52,600 bases of DNA. Source: Burkholderiaceae bacterium (lineage in GTDB: Bacteria; Pseudomonadota; Gammaproteobacteria; Burkholderiales; Burkholderiaceae_A). Both the position numbers and the translations under genes were made by a program. Shown here in pieces: positions 9,766 to 19,437 of the stretch. The stretch spans positions 1-52,600 of the forward strand of contig JALRJP010000002.1 of the NCBI GenBank assembly GCA_023261135.1, written 5' to 3'. Below the pieces are notes generated by a model. The model was not told the DNA's origin, did not search any database, and worked only from the letters and a program-made list of their open reading frames with translations. How positions within the stretch are numbered: position 1 is the stretch's first letter; each line of letters opens with the position of its first letter.

Positions 9766-9854
9766 TTGGCCGTGCCGCAATCGTAGACGTCTCGGGGGAG
9801 GCCAGGCGGTCAATGGGGTTAGGTCGCTCAGGCGTTAGCCGCTTACGCGGGCGG

Positions 9855-10184
9855 TTAGACCGGGTCGAGCCCCTTGGCGGCTACGCGTGAGGGATGCCCT
9901 CCGGACTGATGTTGCTCTTTGTAGCGAAGGACTTGACGGTCGAGCTTGTCTGCAAGAAGGTCAATCGCCGCATAAAGGTCGTCGTGCTTGGATTCCGCAT
10001 GCAGATCTTTGCCTTGAAAATGCACTGTAATTTCTGCTTTCTGCTCGCGCTTCTCCACCGAGAGAATGACGTTGGCCTCTTGGCCGCTTGAAAAGTGCCT
10101 CCAGACGCGACTTAACTTCTGTTCAACATAGCCTTCAATGGCCTTGGTGACTTCGAGGTGGTGACCCACAATGTTCACATTCAT
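9855..10184 (-). CDS. hpf: Ribosome hibernation promoting factor (sigma-54 modulation protein)
   Basis: MNVNIVGHHLEVTKAI, DLYAAIDLLADKLDRQV; directly downstream of rpoN. Confidence 0.96.
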   Translation of the reverse strand: MNVNIVGHHLEVTKAIEGYVEQKLSRVWRHFSSGQEANVILSVEKREQKAEITVHFQGKDLHAESKHDDLYAAIDLLADKLDRQVLRYKEQHQSGGHPSRVAAKGLDPV

Positions 10185-10241
10185 ACGGCGCCTCCCTTGG
10201 TTATTGGTTTATTCCGCGTTTTGTCGTCTCTGTTCCTTTTG

Positions 10242-11696
10242 TCAGCGATGTCTGCGTTGTGCAGCGCTTGGAATTCTTAAAGCCTCACGGTACTTGGCTA
10301 CCGTCCGCCTGGCAACCACCACTCCCGTTTCCCCAAAGCGGTCGGCAATAGCCTGGTCCGACAAGGGCTTGCCAGGCGTTTCGTTTTTTATCCAGTCGGC
10401 GATCTGAGCGCGAAGCGCGGTGGCCGAGGCCGTTCCGCCGTCATCGGTTGAGACATGGCTTCCAAAAAAGTACTTCAATTCAAAACAGCCCAAGGGTGTC
10501 AGCATAAACTTCTGGCTCGTGACGCGAGAGACCGTTGACTCGTGCAGTTCGCACTCATCAGCAATATCTCGTAGGACCAGCGGGCGCATGGCCTTTGGGC
10601 CGTCTTCAAAAAAGGCCTGCTGGGCTTCAACGATGGCCTGGGAGACTCTTAGGATGGTTTCCGATCGCTGCTGAATATTCTTGAGCATCCAACGGGCTTC
10701 TTGCAGCTTCTGAGAAAGGTTCGAGGATTCGCCGCCTGTGGTCTTAATAAGCTGGGCATAGTCGTTGTTAATAGAGAGCTTGGGCAGTGCGCCGCTTGCA
10801 AGGCGGGCTCGCCAGAGACCGCCTCGGGTTCTGTAGACAACCACGTCTGGAATAAGGTAGCCCGCATGCTGATCGCGAAAGACACCTGCTGGCCTTGGAT
10901 TAAGACTTCGAATCAGGCGTAAGGCTTCGATAAGATCGTTCTTGTCCTCGCCAAGGGTTTTGGCAAGACTGACGGGGTTGGCATTACCCAATGTCTCAAT
11001 GTGGTCTTCAATGAGCTTGCGTGAAAGCTCGAACTGACTGGCTGTTAGGCCCTCTTCCTGGCTTATGGACGCCGACCCATGTGCTGCTGACTGTGCCTGG
11101 CGAAGGGCCTCAAGCTGAAGCAACAGGCATTCTTGCAGGCTACGCGCACCAACACCTGCAGGCTCAAGGGATTGCAACAAACGAAGACCTACAAGGTACT
11201 CTTCCTCAAGCAGGGGTTCTTCGAAGTGTTCAATAAAAACGTTTTCAAAGCTTGCTGCAATTTCCTCAAGTTCGTCGCGTAAATAACCGTCCTCGTCCAG
11301 AGCCTCAATAAGAATCTCAAGCCACAGCCGATCTTTTGGCTCCAGTTGCAGCCCGGCCGCCTGTTCACGCAAATGGCTGTTTAGACTAACGGTCGACTGA
11401 TCCTGGTCTTCGCGGCCGTCGTCATCTCCGTCACCGGCCTGTTTGGTCTTCCAGTCGGCAAGGCTGTCGAGCTCTTCTTCTCGGCTGTCGGCTGACTCAT
11501 TGGCGCCTTCGGGCTCGGCTTCCGAGACCGGGGTGTCCGCAACGTCTTCAAGTTCGAGCAGTGGGTTATCACGCACGAAATCGTCGAGTTCTTGGCGCAG
11601 TTCAAGGTTTGAGAGGGTGAGCAGCCGAATGGCCTGCTGCAGCTGCGGCGTGAGCGAAAGCTGCTGGCTTGTCTTGGTGGTAAGGGTGATCTTCAT
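10242..11696 (-). CDS. rpoN: RNA polymerase sigma-54 factor
   Basis: LTPQLQQAIRLL region I, PAGVGARSLQECLLLQL, LHESTVSRVT HTH, RpoN box ARRTVAKYRE; start 11696 or 11708. Confidence 0.98.
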   Translation of the reverse strand: MKITLTTKTSQQLSLTPQLQQAIRLLTLSNLELRQELDDFVRDNPLLELEDVADTPVSEAEPEGANESADSREEELDSLADWKTKQAGDGDDDGREDQDQSTVSLNSHLREQAAGLQLEPKDRLWLEILIEALDEDGYLRDELEEIAASFENVFIEHFEEPLLEEEYLVGLRLLQSLEPAGVGARSLQECLLLQLEALRQAQSAAHGSASISQEEGLTASQFELSRKLIEDHIETLGNANPVSLAKTLGEDKNDLIEALRLIRSLNPRPAGVFRDQHAGYLIPDVVVYRTRGGLWRARLASGALPKLSINNDYAQLIKTTGGESSNLSQKLQEARWMLKNIQQRSETILRVSQAIVEAQQAFFEDGPKAMRPLVLRDIADECELHESTVSRVTSQKFMLTPLGCFELKYFFGSHVSTDDGGTASATALRAQIADWIKNETPGKPLSDQAIADRFGETGVVVARRTVAKYREALRIPSAAQRRHR

Positions 11697-11711
11697 ACCG
11701 ACAGGCAATCC

Positions 11712-12479
11712 TTACATTCTGAAGTGCTCGCCAAGGTAGACCTGACGAACCTCCGTATTGTCAACGATGTCGGCTGGCGTTCCGCTTGCAAGCACTTCTC
11801 CGTTATTAAGGATAGTCGCATGATCGCAGATTCCAAGAGTCTCGCGAACATTATGATCCGTAATTAAAACTCCAATACCCTTGCCCTTTAGAAAACGAAT
11901 AATTCGCTGAATCTCAATAACTGCAATGGGATCAACGCCGGCAAAGGGCTCATCGAGCAAGATGAATTTGGGGTCGGTAGCCAATGCCCGGGCAATTTCG
12001 ACCCGCCGACGCTCGCCGCCCGAGAGGGACTGGCCAAGGCTATGTTCAATGCCTGTAATTTGCAGCTCTTTTAAAAGTTCCCGCAGGCGCCGCTCGATTT
12101 CCGACGCGCCTAGTGCCTGACCATCGCCAGTCTTCTGCAGTTCTAGTATGGCTCGAATATTGTCGGCCACGGTTAGTCTGCGAAAAATCGATGCCTCTTG
12201 GGGCAAATAAGACAGCCCACGTTCTGCCCTCTGGTGAATGGGTCGTCGGGTGAGGTCCACGCCGTCAAGCTCAATGCGCCCGTCGTCTGCGGGTACCAGG
12301 CCCACAATCATATAAAAGCAGGTGGTCTTCCCGGCTCCATTCGGGCCAAGCAGTCCGGCGACCTCCCCGGTTTTTACTGTGAGGGAGACATCACGAACGA
12401 CCGATCGGCCTTGGTAGCCCTTTTGCAGGCTCTGTACATGAAGAGTTGAACTTTCGCCGGAGCGGGTTGGAAGGCTCAT
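11712..12479 (-). CDS. lptB: LPS export ABC transporter ATP-binding protein
   Basis: [61 protein letters not shown]. Confidence 0.98.
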   Translation of the reverse strand: MSLPTRSGESSTLHVQSLQKGYQGRSVVRDVSLTVKTGEVAGLLGPNGAGKTTCFYMIVGLVPADDGRIELDGVDLTRRPIHQRAERGLSYLPQEASIFRRLTVADNIRAILELQKTGDGQALGASEIERRLRELLKELQITGIEHSLGQSLSGGERRRVEIARALATDPKFILLDEPFAGVDPIAVIEIQRIIRFLKGKGIGVLITDHNVRETLGICDHATILNNGEVLASGTPADIVDNTEVRQVYLGEHFRM

Positions 12480-13057
12480 GGGCGCGTGTGAGTAGCTCTG
12501 GCGGGTCCGGCTTGGGCGCCAGTATCCTCGGGCGGACGAGGCATTAGAGTCATACGTGTGCGTGGCTGACCGGGACTCGATTCAACTCGGTAGGTCTGCG
12601 TCACTTGGTCGTAGACCAGTCGGTCACCCGCCACGGTGTCAATCACACGCCCATTAAGCAGGCGCCTTAAAACGGCATCGCCATCGATCACTACAATTTC
12701 AGTCTGACTGTTATAGAGGATAGTTTTCCCTTGCCCTTCGACAGATTCTTTGCTGTCGGTAGGCATTTGTTGAAATTTTGCGGGCTGGCCCGTAACGCGC
12801 CCCTTCATGCCTGAGTTCGGTAGTTGCTCGAGTTCAAGCAGATCTCCCTGAAGCCGAAGCTCTCCTCGACTCAGGCTCACGTTGCCACGAAACTCAGTTG
12901 TGAGTTTTTGCTCGTCGTGTCTTAACTCATCGGCGTCAATCTTGGTTGCGGGGGGCTCAACAGCCGCAACGGATGCATAAGGCGAACTTACAAAAAGAAC
13001 GAGCGCTGCCCTTAAAAAGCATTGACGAAAGGGAAGAAAATAAATGGGCGGCAGCAT
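12476..13057 (-). CDS. lptA: LPS transport periplasmic protein LptA
   Basis: Signal peptide, OstA-like beta-jellyroll ([21 protein letters not shown]); between lptC and lptB. Confidence 0.9.
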   Translation of the reverse strand: MLPPIYFLPFRQCFLRAALVLFVSSPYASVAAVEPPATKIDADELRHDEQKLTTEFRGNVSLSRGELRLQGDLLELEQLPNSGMKGRVTGQPAKFQQMPTDSKESVEGQGKTILYNSQTEIVVIDGDAVLRRLLNGRVIDTVAGDRLVYDQVTQTYRVESSPGQPRTRMTLMPRPPEDTGAQAGPARATHTRP

Positions 13058-13084
13058 GACTTTGAAAATACGTGACTTTTGGTC

Positions 13085-13672
13085 TTAGCTCTCGGGCTTG
13101 AGAATCATTTTAGTGTTTGACAGCACGCGTAATGTTTCTGACCGCTGGTCAAGTAGAAGACCGTCACCCGTTAAGACGGAGGCGCCTCGCACGACCCGCA
13201 CCGGCGCTGTGGTCTGGGCAGTCTGTGCCTTAAGGTCAAATCGGATCCAGGGGCTTGTGACCTCAAGGGCGGGTTCTTTGCCCTGGGCGGGCCGAGTCAT
13301 GCGGGCATTACCGCGAATTTCAATATCTTGCTGATTGCCCGAAATAACGGCGGAGTCTGCTCGAGCTGACATTGCAAGGCCTGCCTGCGAAGGTGCGAGA
13401 GAGACAAGCTCGGGCTGATCGAGCAGGGCCTGACCGTCGTTGAAAAGATCAACCCGAGGTGCACGAACTTGATACTGCGCCTGCCCCTGTGCATTAGTCT
13501 GAAGAATTTCCGCGCGGGTGATGACTGTTGAGACAGAACCCGCGGGCCTTGACGAAGCGGGCGATGCCGACTGAGATACAAGTTCACTTAGCAGCCAGGC
13601 AGCAAGGGAAAGGAGGCCCACCATCCCAATTGAAAGCAGACTGCCGAGACGTTCGAGCACCGCAAGTCTCAT
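13085..13672 (-). CDS. lptC: LPS export protein LptC
   Basis: Single N-terminal TM helix followed by a beta-rich periplasmic domain; between kdsC and lptA. Confidence 0.88.
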   Translation of the reverse strand: MRLAVLERLGSLLSIGMVGLLSLAAWLLSELVSQSASPASSRPAGSVSTVITRAEILQTNAQGQAQYQVRAPRVDLFNDGQALLDQPELVSLAPSQAGLAMSARADSAVISGNQQDIEIRGNARMTRPAQGKEPALEVTSPWIRFDLKAQTAQTTAPVRVVRGASVLTGDGLLLDQRSETLRVLSNTKMILKPES

Positions 13673-14178
13673 GGGCCGTACTCCAGGAACAAGTCTGCAA
13701 AACAGCGAACGGCCCCCTGGCCGCCGGGCTTACCAGAGACCCAGTGGCTTACTTCTTGCGCCTGCTTCACCGCGTTTGGCACCGTGGCTGCAAAGCCTAC
13801 TGCTTTAAGTACAGGAACATCGGCGAGGTCATCGCCCATGAAAGCGATGTTGGCCAGGCCGAGACCGGCCTTGTCTAACCAGGTTTGCAGGCATTCAAGC
13901 TTATTCCCAATGCCCTGAAAGACAGGGTCGACACCAAGTTCCTTAGCCCGCTGGCTAACAGATGGGTGACTACGGCCAGAAATAATGCCGACCTGCAGGC
14001 CCTGGCTGCGCATGGATTGTATGCCCTGACCATCATGCACATGGAAGCGCTTAAGGCTCTCGCCCTTTTCCCCGTAGAAAAGGCCGCCATCGGTCATTAC
14101 GCCGTCAACGTCAAGAAAGACCGCCTTGATGTTTTTAAGTCGCTCGGCAGTATTCGAGGGGCTTCTTTGGGTGGCCAT
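13669..14178 (-). CDS. kdsC: 3-deoxy-D-manno-octulosonate 8-phosphate phosphatase
   Basis: HAD motif LDVDGVMTDG, FHVHDGQG, FMGDDLAD, GGQGAVR. Confidence 0.96.
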   Translation of the reverse strand: MATQRSPSNTAERLKNIKAVFLDVDGVMTDGGLFYGEKGESLKRFHVHDGQGIQSMRSQGLQVGIISGRSHPSVSQRAKELGVDPVFQGIGNKLECLQTWLDKAGLGLANIAFMGDDLADVPVLKAVGFAATVPNAVKQAQEVSHWVSGKPGGQGAVRCFADLFLEYGP

Positions 14179-14189
14179 GGCGTGGGGGC

Positions 14190-15206
14190 TTAGATAATCT
14201 TGGACTCAAGAAGGTCGTGCAGGCCAACAACGCCTATGGGTGCTTTGCCGTCGTCCACGACCACCAGATGGTTAATACGTTGTTCGTCCATTAATCGAGC
14301 CGCTTCAGAGGCAAGGGCATCGGAGGCAATGGTTTTGACCTGACGGGTCATGATTTCTTTGACCGCCGTTTGGGCATGGAGAGTTTGTTTCTCAAGCACA
14401 CGACGAAGGTCGCCGTCGGTAAAAATACCGGCGAGTTGACCTTTTTTGTCAACCACGCAGGTCATGCCCAGTCGCTTGCTGGTCATTTCAATAAGGGTCT
14501 GCGACAACAGGGCCGAATCAGAGACCTTGGGGACCTGGTCATCCTGTCGCATGACGTCGCTGACCCGAACCAGTAACCGCCTGCCAAGGCTGCCACCGGG
14601 GTGCGATCGAGCAAAGTCATCGGCACTGAAGCCATTGGCCTCAAGCACAGCAATGGCAAGCGCATCACCCAAGGCAAGCGCGGCGGTGGTGCTTGCTGTA
14701 GGAGCAAGGTTCAATGGGCAGGCTTCTTCCACCACAGAGGCGTCGATGTGGATATCGCTAAGGCGCGCAAGCCGTGACTGCGGGCGACCCGTCATGGCAA
14801 TAAGCCGAATGCCCATTCGTTTAATGTGAGGCAGGACATCGCAGAGTTCTTCGGTCTCTCCCGAGTGGGAGATCGCAAGCACCAAGTCTTGCGGCTGGAT
14901 CATGCCAAGGTCACCGTGCTTGGCCTCTGCTGGATGTACAAAAAGGGCGGGGGTCCCCGTTGAGGCAAAGGTGGCGGCAAGCTTTCTTGCAATATGGCCC
15001 GACTTGCCCATGCCCATGACCGCAAGCCGGCCGCTTTGGGAGCTTAAGCCTTGAATGGCCTGGACGGCCTGAATCACTTCGTCAGAAAGTTGGCCGCCGA
15101 GTCGCTCTATGGCCGAAGCCTCAATGCGAAGAACCCGTTTTACTGCGGCCAGGATCGAATGGGGGTCGCTTAAAACATGCTTGGATGCCTGCGCCGGCAT
15201 GGTCAT
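14190..15206 (-). CDS. kdsD: Arabinose-5-phosphate isomerase (KpsF/GutQ family)
   Basis: GMGKSGHIARK, FASTGTPA, HPAEAKHGDLG, EACPLNLAPTASTT, two CBS domains; start placed at ATG 15206 (GGTGAGG RBS upstream). Confidence 0.96.
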   Translation of the reverse strand: MTMPAQASKHVLSDPHSILAAVKRVLRIEASAIERLGGQLSDEVIQAVQAIQGLSSQSGRLAVMGMGKSGHIARKLAATFASTGTPALFVHPAEAKHGDLGMIQPQDLVLAISHSGETEELCDVLPHIKRMGIRLIAMTGRPQSRLARLSDIHIDASVVEEACPLNLAPTASTTAALALGDALAIAVLEANGFSADDFARSHPGGSLGRRLLVRVSDVMRQDDQVPKVSDSALLSQTLIEMTSKRLGMTCVVDKKGQLAGIFTDGDLRRVLEKQTLHAQTAVKEIMTRQVKTIASDALASEAARLMDEQRINHLVVVDDGKAPIGVVGLHDLLESKII

Positions 15207-15279
15207 TGATGGCCTCACCTTGCTTGGCATGTGCAAGCCGGCTGGCTTGCGGACAGCCCGCAAGTTGGGGGTAAGGCTT

Positions 15280-15325
15280 TTGACAATGACATGCCTTCAG
15301 TTTAATAGAACTAGGCGTTTAGAAT
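15280..15325 (+). promoter_or_regulatory. Candidate sigma-70 promoter(s) for the mla operon
   Basis: Perfect TTGACA at 15280-15285 followed by TTTAAT (15-nt spacer) or TAATAG (17-nt spacer); a second -10-like TAGAAT at 15320-15325; in the divergent kdsD/mlaF gap. Confidence 0.35.
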
Positions 15326-15404
15326 GGGGCTCTTCTTATTAATGACGGACTGACCGAGCCCTTGTTGCCTTTATCTCCTCTGTTGTTGGAGTTCCTTTTC
15401 CAAT

Positions 15405-16229
15405 ATGACTGCCGCTAGCCCGCTCGTCTTTTCCGAGGTCAGCTTCGGTTATGGCTCCAGGCCAGTCATTGATAACCTTAGTCTTGAGGTGAGGTCGGGC
15501 GAGGTGCTCGCTATTATGGGGGGCTCTGGCGTGGGCAAGACGACGCTGCTTCGGCTTATGACTGGCCTCGTCCCCGCGTCTGCAGGCAGTGTAAGCGCCT
15601 TTGCTCAGCCTCTAACCGGGGTAAGTCATGACGATCTCTTTGCTGTTCGAAGGCGCATGGGATTATTGTTCCAGTTCGGGGCACTTTTTACTGACCTGAG
15701 CTGTTTTGAGAATGTTGCATTTCCTCTGCGCGAGCACACATCGCTCTCGGAGCAGATGATTCAAGACGTTGTTCTATTGAAGCTGGAGTCGGTAGGGCTG
15801 CGCGGTGCTGCCGCCCTTATGCCTTCTGAGATATCGGGTGGTATGGCCCGAAGGGTTGCCCTGGCAAGGGCCATCGCGCTCGATCCTGAGCTTATTCTTT
15901 ACGACGAGCCCTTCGCGGGCTTGGACCCCATCTCACTTGGGGTCACAGCTCGGCTCATCCGCCGGCTCAATGACGCCCTTGGGGCAAGTTCGGTTGTTGT
16001 CACCCACGACGTTGCAGAGACCTTCGCAATTGCCGACCGCATTGCGGTCCTGGCGCCAGGAGCATCGGGGGCTCGGCTTGTGGCGGTGGGAGATCCTGCT
16101 AGCCTTCGAGAATCCAATGACCCTTACCTGCGTCAATTTCTTAGTGGGCAGGAAGAGGGTCCTGTGGCTTTTCATTACCCCGCGCCCAATTTGGCAGAAT
16201 CTTTTTTCGAGCCGGGTACGCGACCTTGA
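15405..16229 (+). CDS. mlaF: Phospholipid ABC transporter ATP-binding protein MlaF
   Basis: GGSGVGKT, RRMGLLFQFGALFTDL, ISGGMARRVALARAIALDP, YDEPFAGLDP. Confidence 0.96.
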   Translation: MTAASPLVFSEVSFGYGSRPVIDNLSLEVRSGEVLAIMGGSGVGKTTLLRLMTGLVPASAGSVSAFAQPLTGVSHDDLFAVRRRMGLLFQFGALFTDLSCFENVAFPLREHTSLSEQMIQDVVLLKLESVGLRGAAALMPSEISGGMARRVALARAIALDPELILYDEPFAGLDPISLGVTARLIRRLNDALGASSVVVTHDVAETFAIADRIAVLAPGASGARLVAVGDPASLRESNDPYLRQFLSGQEEGPVAFHYPAPNLAESFFEPGTRP

Positions 16230-17032
16230 ATAGAGCCTCACCTTCTGGCTTTAGAGCGCGCCTTGAATTGCTTGGCGCAGCGTTTTTGTCTGGGCTTGAG
16301 CAGGCAGGTGCCTTTTTGCTTTTACTTGTGTCTATTGCCCGTCGCCTGGGCATTCTAGTGACCCGCCCTCGACTGGTGGCGGCGCAGGTTCATTTTCTGG
16401 GGAATTATTCCCTCGCCATCATTTTAGTCTCGGGGCTCTTCGTTGGGCTTGTCCTTGGGCTTCAGGGCTATTACACGCTTCGTCGTTACGGATCGGAGGA
16501 GGCCTTGGGTCTGGTGGTAGCCCTTTCGCTCGTTCGTGAACTGGGCCCCGTGGTGACAGCCTTACTTTTTGCCGGTCGCGCAGGCACCGCACTGACTGCC
16601 GAAATTGGCCTAATGAAGGCCGGTGAGCAACTCTCGGCCATGGAGGCCATGGCTGTCGACCCGGTCACGCGTGTCCTAGCCCCTCGGCTTTTAGGCGGGC
16701 TGATTGCCGTGCCTGTTCTAGCAACTCTCTTTTCTGCCGTAGGCGTTCTGGGGGGCTGGCTGGTGGGCGTGGGGCTTATTGGAGTCGATCAGGGCGCCTT
16801 CTGGTCCCAAATGTCAGGCGGAGTAGCCGTTTACGAAGATATTTTGAATGGGCTCGTGAAAGCGCTCGTTTTTGGGCTGCTGGTCACCCAGATTGCCCTT
16901 TACTTCGGATACAGCGCCCGCCCGACCCCTGACGGCGTTTCGCGCGCAACCACAGCCACGGTGGTGGTTGGTTCGCTTGCTGTTCTGGGTTTTGACTTTA
17001 TTTTGACCGCACTAATGTTTAGTGGGTTTTAG
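16226..17032 (+). CDS. mlaE: Lipid asymmetry ABC transporter permease MlaE
   Basis: SLVRELGPVVTALLFAGRAGTALTAEIGLMK, EQLSAMEAMAVDP, GVSRATT. Confidence 0.97.
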   Translation: MNRASPSGFRARLELLGAAFLSGLEQAGAFLLLLVSIARRLGILVTRPRLVAAQVHFLGNYSLAIILVSGLFVGLVLGLQGYYTLRRYGSEEALGLVVALSLVRELGPVVTALLFAGRAGTALTAEIGLMKAGEQLSAMEAMAVDPVTRVLAPRLLGGLIAVPVLATLFSAVGVLGGWLVGVGLIGVDQGAFWSQMSGGVAVYEDILNGLVKALVFGLLVTQIALYFGYSARPTPDGVSRATTATVVVGSLAVLGFDFILTALMFSGF

Positions 17033-17057
17033 TGGATGGTCTGATACCCTAGCCTTT

Positions 17058-17576
17058 ATGCAACGTTCTATTAATCTTGCCGTCGGTGTTTTCTTGGTTT
17101 TAGGCCTTGGAGGCCTTCTTTTTCTTGCGCTCAAAGTAAGCAACCTTATGGGATCGTCAGTGCCTAATGGTTACCAGGTCTATGCCTTGTTCGATGACAT
17201 TGGCGGCCTGAAGCCCAGCTCGGCCGTGCGCAGCGCAGGCGTATTGGTGGGCCGTGTTCAGTCTATTGACTTTGACGATCAGCGCTACCAGGCAAGGGTC
17301 ACCCTCCTGCTTGACGGTAATGTCCAGTTTCCGAAAGACAGCTCTGCGCAAATTCTGACCTCAGGCCTGCTCGGCGAGAAATATATTGGCCTGCAGCCGG
17401 GTGCTGACACGGAAATGCTCGCCAGTAACGACCGAATCGTTATTACTCAGTCTGCTGTTGTTCTAGAAAATCTTATTTCTCAGTTTCTTTATAACCGTCC
17501 GTCCTCTCAGCCTGCAGCAGCAGAAGCACCTGCAGGATCGGCCTCGGGTGGTGTCTCCCTGCCCAGCCTTCAATAG
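17058..17576 (+). CDS. mlaD: MCE-domain protein MlaD
   Basis: N-terminal TM, FDDIGGLK..VRSAGVLVGRV, ILTSGLLGEKYIGL, TQSAVVLENLISQFL; start ATG 17058. Confidence 0.96.
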   Translation: MQRSINLAVGVFLVLGLGGLLFLALKVSNLMGSSVPNGYQVYALFDDIGGLKPSSAVRSAGVLVGRVQSIDFDDQRYQARVTLLLDGNVQFPKDSSAQILTSGLLGEKYIGLQPGADTEMLASNDRIVITQSAVVLENLISQFLYNRPSSQPAAAEAPAGSASGGVSLPSLQ

Positions 17577-17584
17577 GTTTTTCA

Positions 17585-18286
17585 ATGTTGCGCCGTGTCC
17601 TCTTTGCCTGCCTTTTGCCCTTTGTGTTTTTGACCGGCTGCGCATCGCTGCCCCCCGGGCATGTTGCCGACGAAAGAGACCCTTGGGAGCGCTACAACCG
17701 CGTCATGTTTAGCTTTAACGAGGGCGTTGATAAGGCTGTGTTGAAACCCGTTGCCCAGACCTACAAGGCCAACATTCCTGAAGTTATTCGGGATCGCGTT
17801 TCCAATTTTTTCGGGAACTTATCCGACCTTGCCTCGGTGGTGCACCATACTCTTCAGGCCGAGCCGCGTTCTGCACTTGAATCGACAGGCCGTTTTGTTG
17901 TGAATTCCACAGTGGGCCTTTTGGGCTTGTTTGATCCAGCTACAAGCATTGGCCTGTCGCGCACCAACGAAGATGCGGGACTTACCCTGGGGCGCTGGGG
18001 TGTAGGCCATGGCCCTTACGTGATGCTCCCGCTTCTTGGTCCAAGTAGCCTTCGCGACGCTCTGGGTACGGCCGCCGATATGCAGATGGACCTTACCGGT
18101 GAAATACTCAATCCCGACACAACCCAACGCGTCGCCTTGAACAGCTTACGCGTTGTTGACGTGCGCACAAGGCTTCTTGAACTTGAGAAGGGTGTCGACC
18201 TTATCTCTTTTGACCGCTACGTTTCTGTGCGCTCGGCTTATTTTGGTCGTCGTGAGAGGCTGCTTGAGCAAGGCGAGGCGCAATGA
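17585..18286 (+). CDS. mlaA: Outer-membrane lipoprotein MlaA (VacJ)
   Basis: Lipobox FLTG-C, DPWERYNR, RFVVNSTVGLLGLFD, EDAGLTLGRWG, LPLLGPSSLRD. Confidence 0.95.
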   Translation: MLRRVLFACLLPFVFLTGCASLPPGHVADERDPWERYNRVMFSFNEGVDKAVLKPVAQTYKANIPEVIRDRVSNFFGNLSDLASVVHHTLQAEPRSALESTGRFVVNSTVGLLGLFDPATSIGLSRTNEDAGLTLGRWGVGHGPYVMLPLLGPSSLRDALGTAADMQMDLTGEILNPDTTQRVALNSLRVVDVRTRLLELEKGVDLISFDRYVSVRSAYFGRRERLLEQGEAQ

Positions 18287-19011
18287 ACGGCATCCTCTCC
18301 CCAGTTCTGGTTAGAACTCTGTCTGTTTGGATTGCGGGACTTCTTCTTTGCATGGGTGCTTTGACCTCGCCGATTGAGGCAGTCTCGCCCGAATCCGAAC
18401 CTACAAAGGCCGCTTCCCCAACTCTAATTGCCCAGGCCTCTGTGGCGGGGTTATCTCCTGAAGATGTTGTCCGGGGGGTGACCCAAGATGTCATTAATTT
18501 ATTTAAATCCGACCGAAGCCTGACGCAACGCCCAGACCCCGAGAGGGTTATGTCAATTGTGAATGAGCGGGTCATGCCGGTGGTGAATTTTAGTCGTATG
18601 ACAGCCCTGTCGGTGGGCCGCTATTGGAATCAGGCTTCTGCAGAGCAAAAGCAGCAGCTTATGAATGCCTTTCGAGAGCTGCTCGTGCTCACCTACTCCG
18701 AGGCCGTTACGTATGCCCCTGAGGCCACCATACAGGTTCGTCCTGGTCGTTACCTTTCCACCGATGACGACGTGATTGTGCGCACCCTTCTACAGCGTCC
18801 CGCCAAAGAGCCCATTCCCATTGACTATCGCATGCAAAGAACAGCCTCGGGCTGGAAGGTTTATGACTTCAACGTTCTGGGTCTTTGGATGGTCGAGCAC
18901 TATCGCGCTCAGTTTGCTCAAATTATTTCTGCCCGTGGCATCGATGGGCTTATTGCCGTCTTGAATGAAAAGAACACAAGCCTAAGGCAGGCGCGTTCGG
19001 CAAAGCCTTAG
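18283..19011 (+). CDS. mlaC: Periplasmic phospholipid shuttle MlaC (Ttg2D family)
   Basis: Signal peptide, NFSRMTALSVGRYW, IDYRM, WKVYDFNVLGLWMVEHYRAQF, GIDGLI. Confidence 0.94.
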   Translation: MNGILSPVLVRTLSVWIAGLLLCMGALTSPIEAVSPESEPTKAASPTLIAQASVAGLSPEDVVRGVTQDVINLFKSDRSLTQRPDPERVMSIVNERVMPVVNFSRMTALSVGRYWNQASAEQKQQLMNAFRELLVLTYSEAVTYAPEATIQVRPGRYLSTDDDVIVRTLLQRPAKEPIPIDYRMQRTASGWKVYDFNVLGLWMVEHYRAQFAQIISARGIDGLIAVLNEKNTSLRQARSAKP

Positions 19012-19110
19012 TCGTTAAGCGAAAAGCTTAGGTGGTGGCGCCCTACTTTTCACCGCCCTTATTCGTCTTAGAGCCCCCTGAACGCATGACTTCATTGACC
19101 TATTAAACGC

Positions 19111-19437
19111 ATGACAACTTCGACAAACGCCCCTGTCTCGTGCATTGAACTTCACGGCGAACTCGTGCGCGCTCAGGTGGCTTCCCAGCTTGCCGCTTGG
19201 CAGAGTGCTTTTCGTGTTTTTCTCACTCAGTCTCTAGCCCTGAGTTCTTCGCAGTCTCCGCTTGTCATAAGCCTTAGCGGTGTTGAGAGGGTTGATACGG
19301 CAGGCCTTGCCGTTCTTTTGCACATAGCCCGCGAGGCAAGCCGAAACAAAACGGAGATTCTTTTTAAAGACCCGCCCGCGCAGCTTCTTGCTCTTGCGCA
19401 GCTTTCCTCCTTAACCAAGCTTCTGCGCTTCGTATGA
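19111..19437 (+). CDS. mlaB: STAS-domain protein MlaB
   Basis: LSGVERVDTAGLAVLL STAS motif, PAQLLALAQL; last gene of the mla block. Confidence 0.85.
   Translation: MTTSTNAPVSCIELHGELVRAQVASQLAAWQSAFRVFLTQSLALSSSQSPLVISLSGVERVDTAGLAVLLHIAREASRNKTEILFKDPPAQLLALAQLSSLTKLLRFV

Noticed and set aside
15246-15264. Hairpin CTTGCGG-ACAGC-CCGCAAG upstream of kdsD as a REP element or terminator
   Set aside because: Single copy in the window and no U tract; insufficient evidence for a function.
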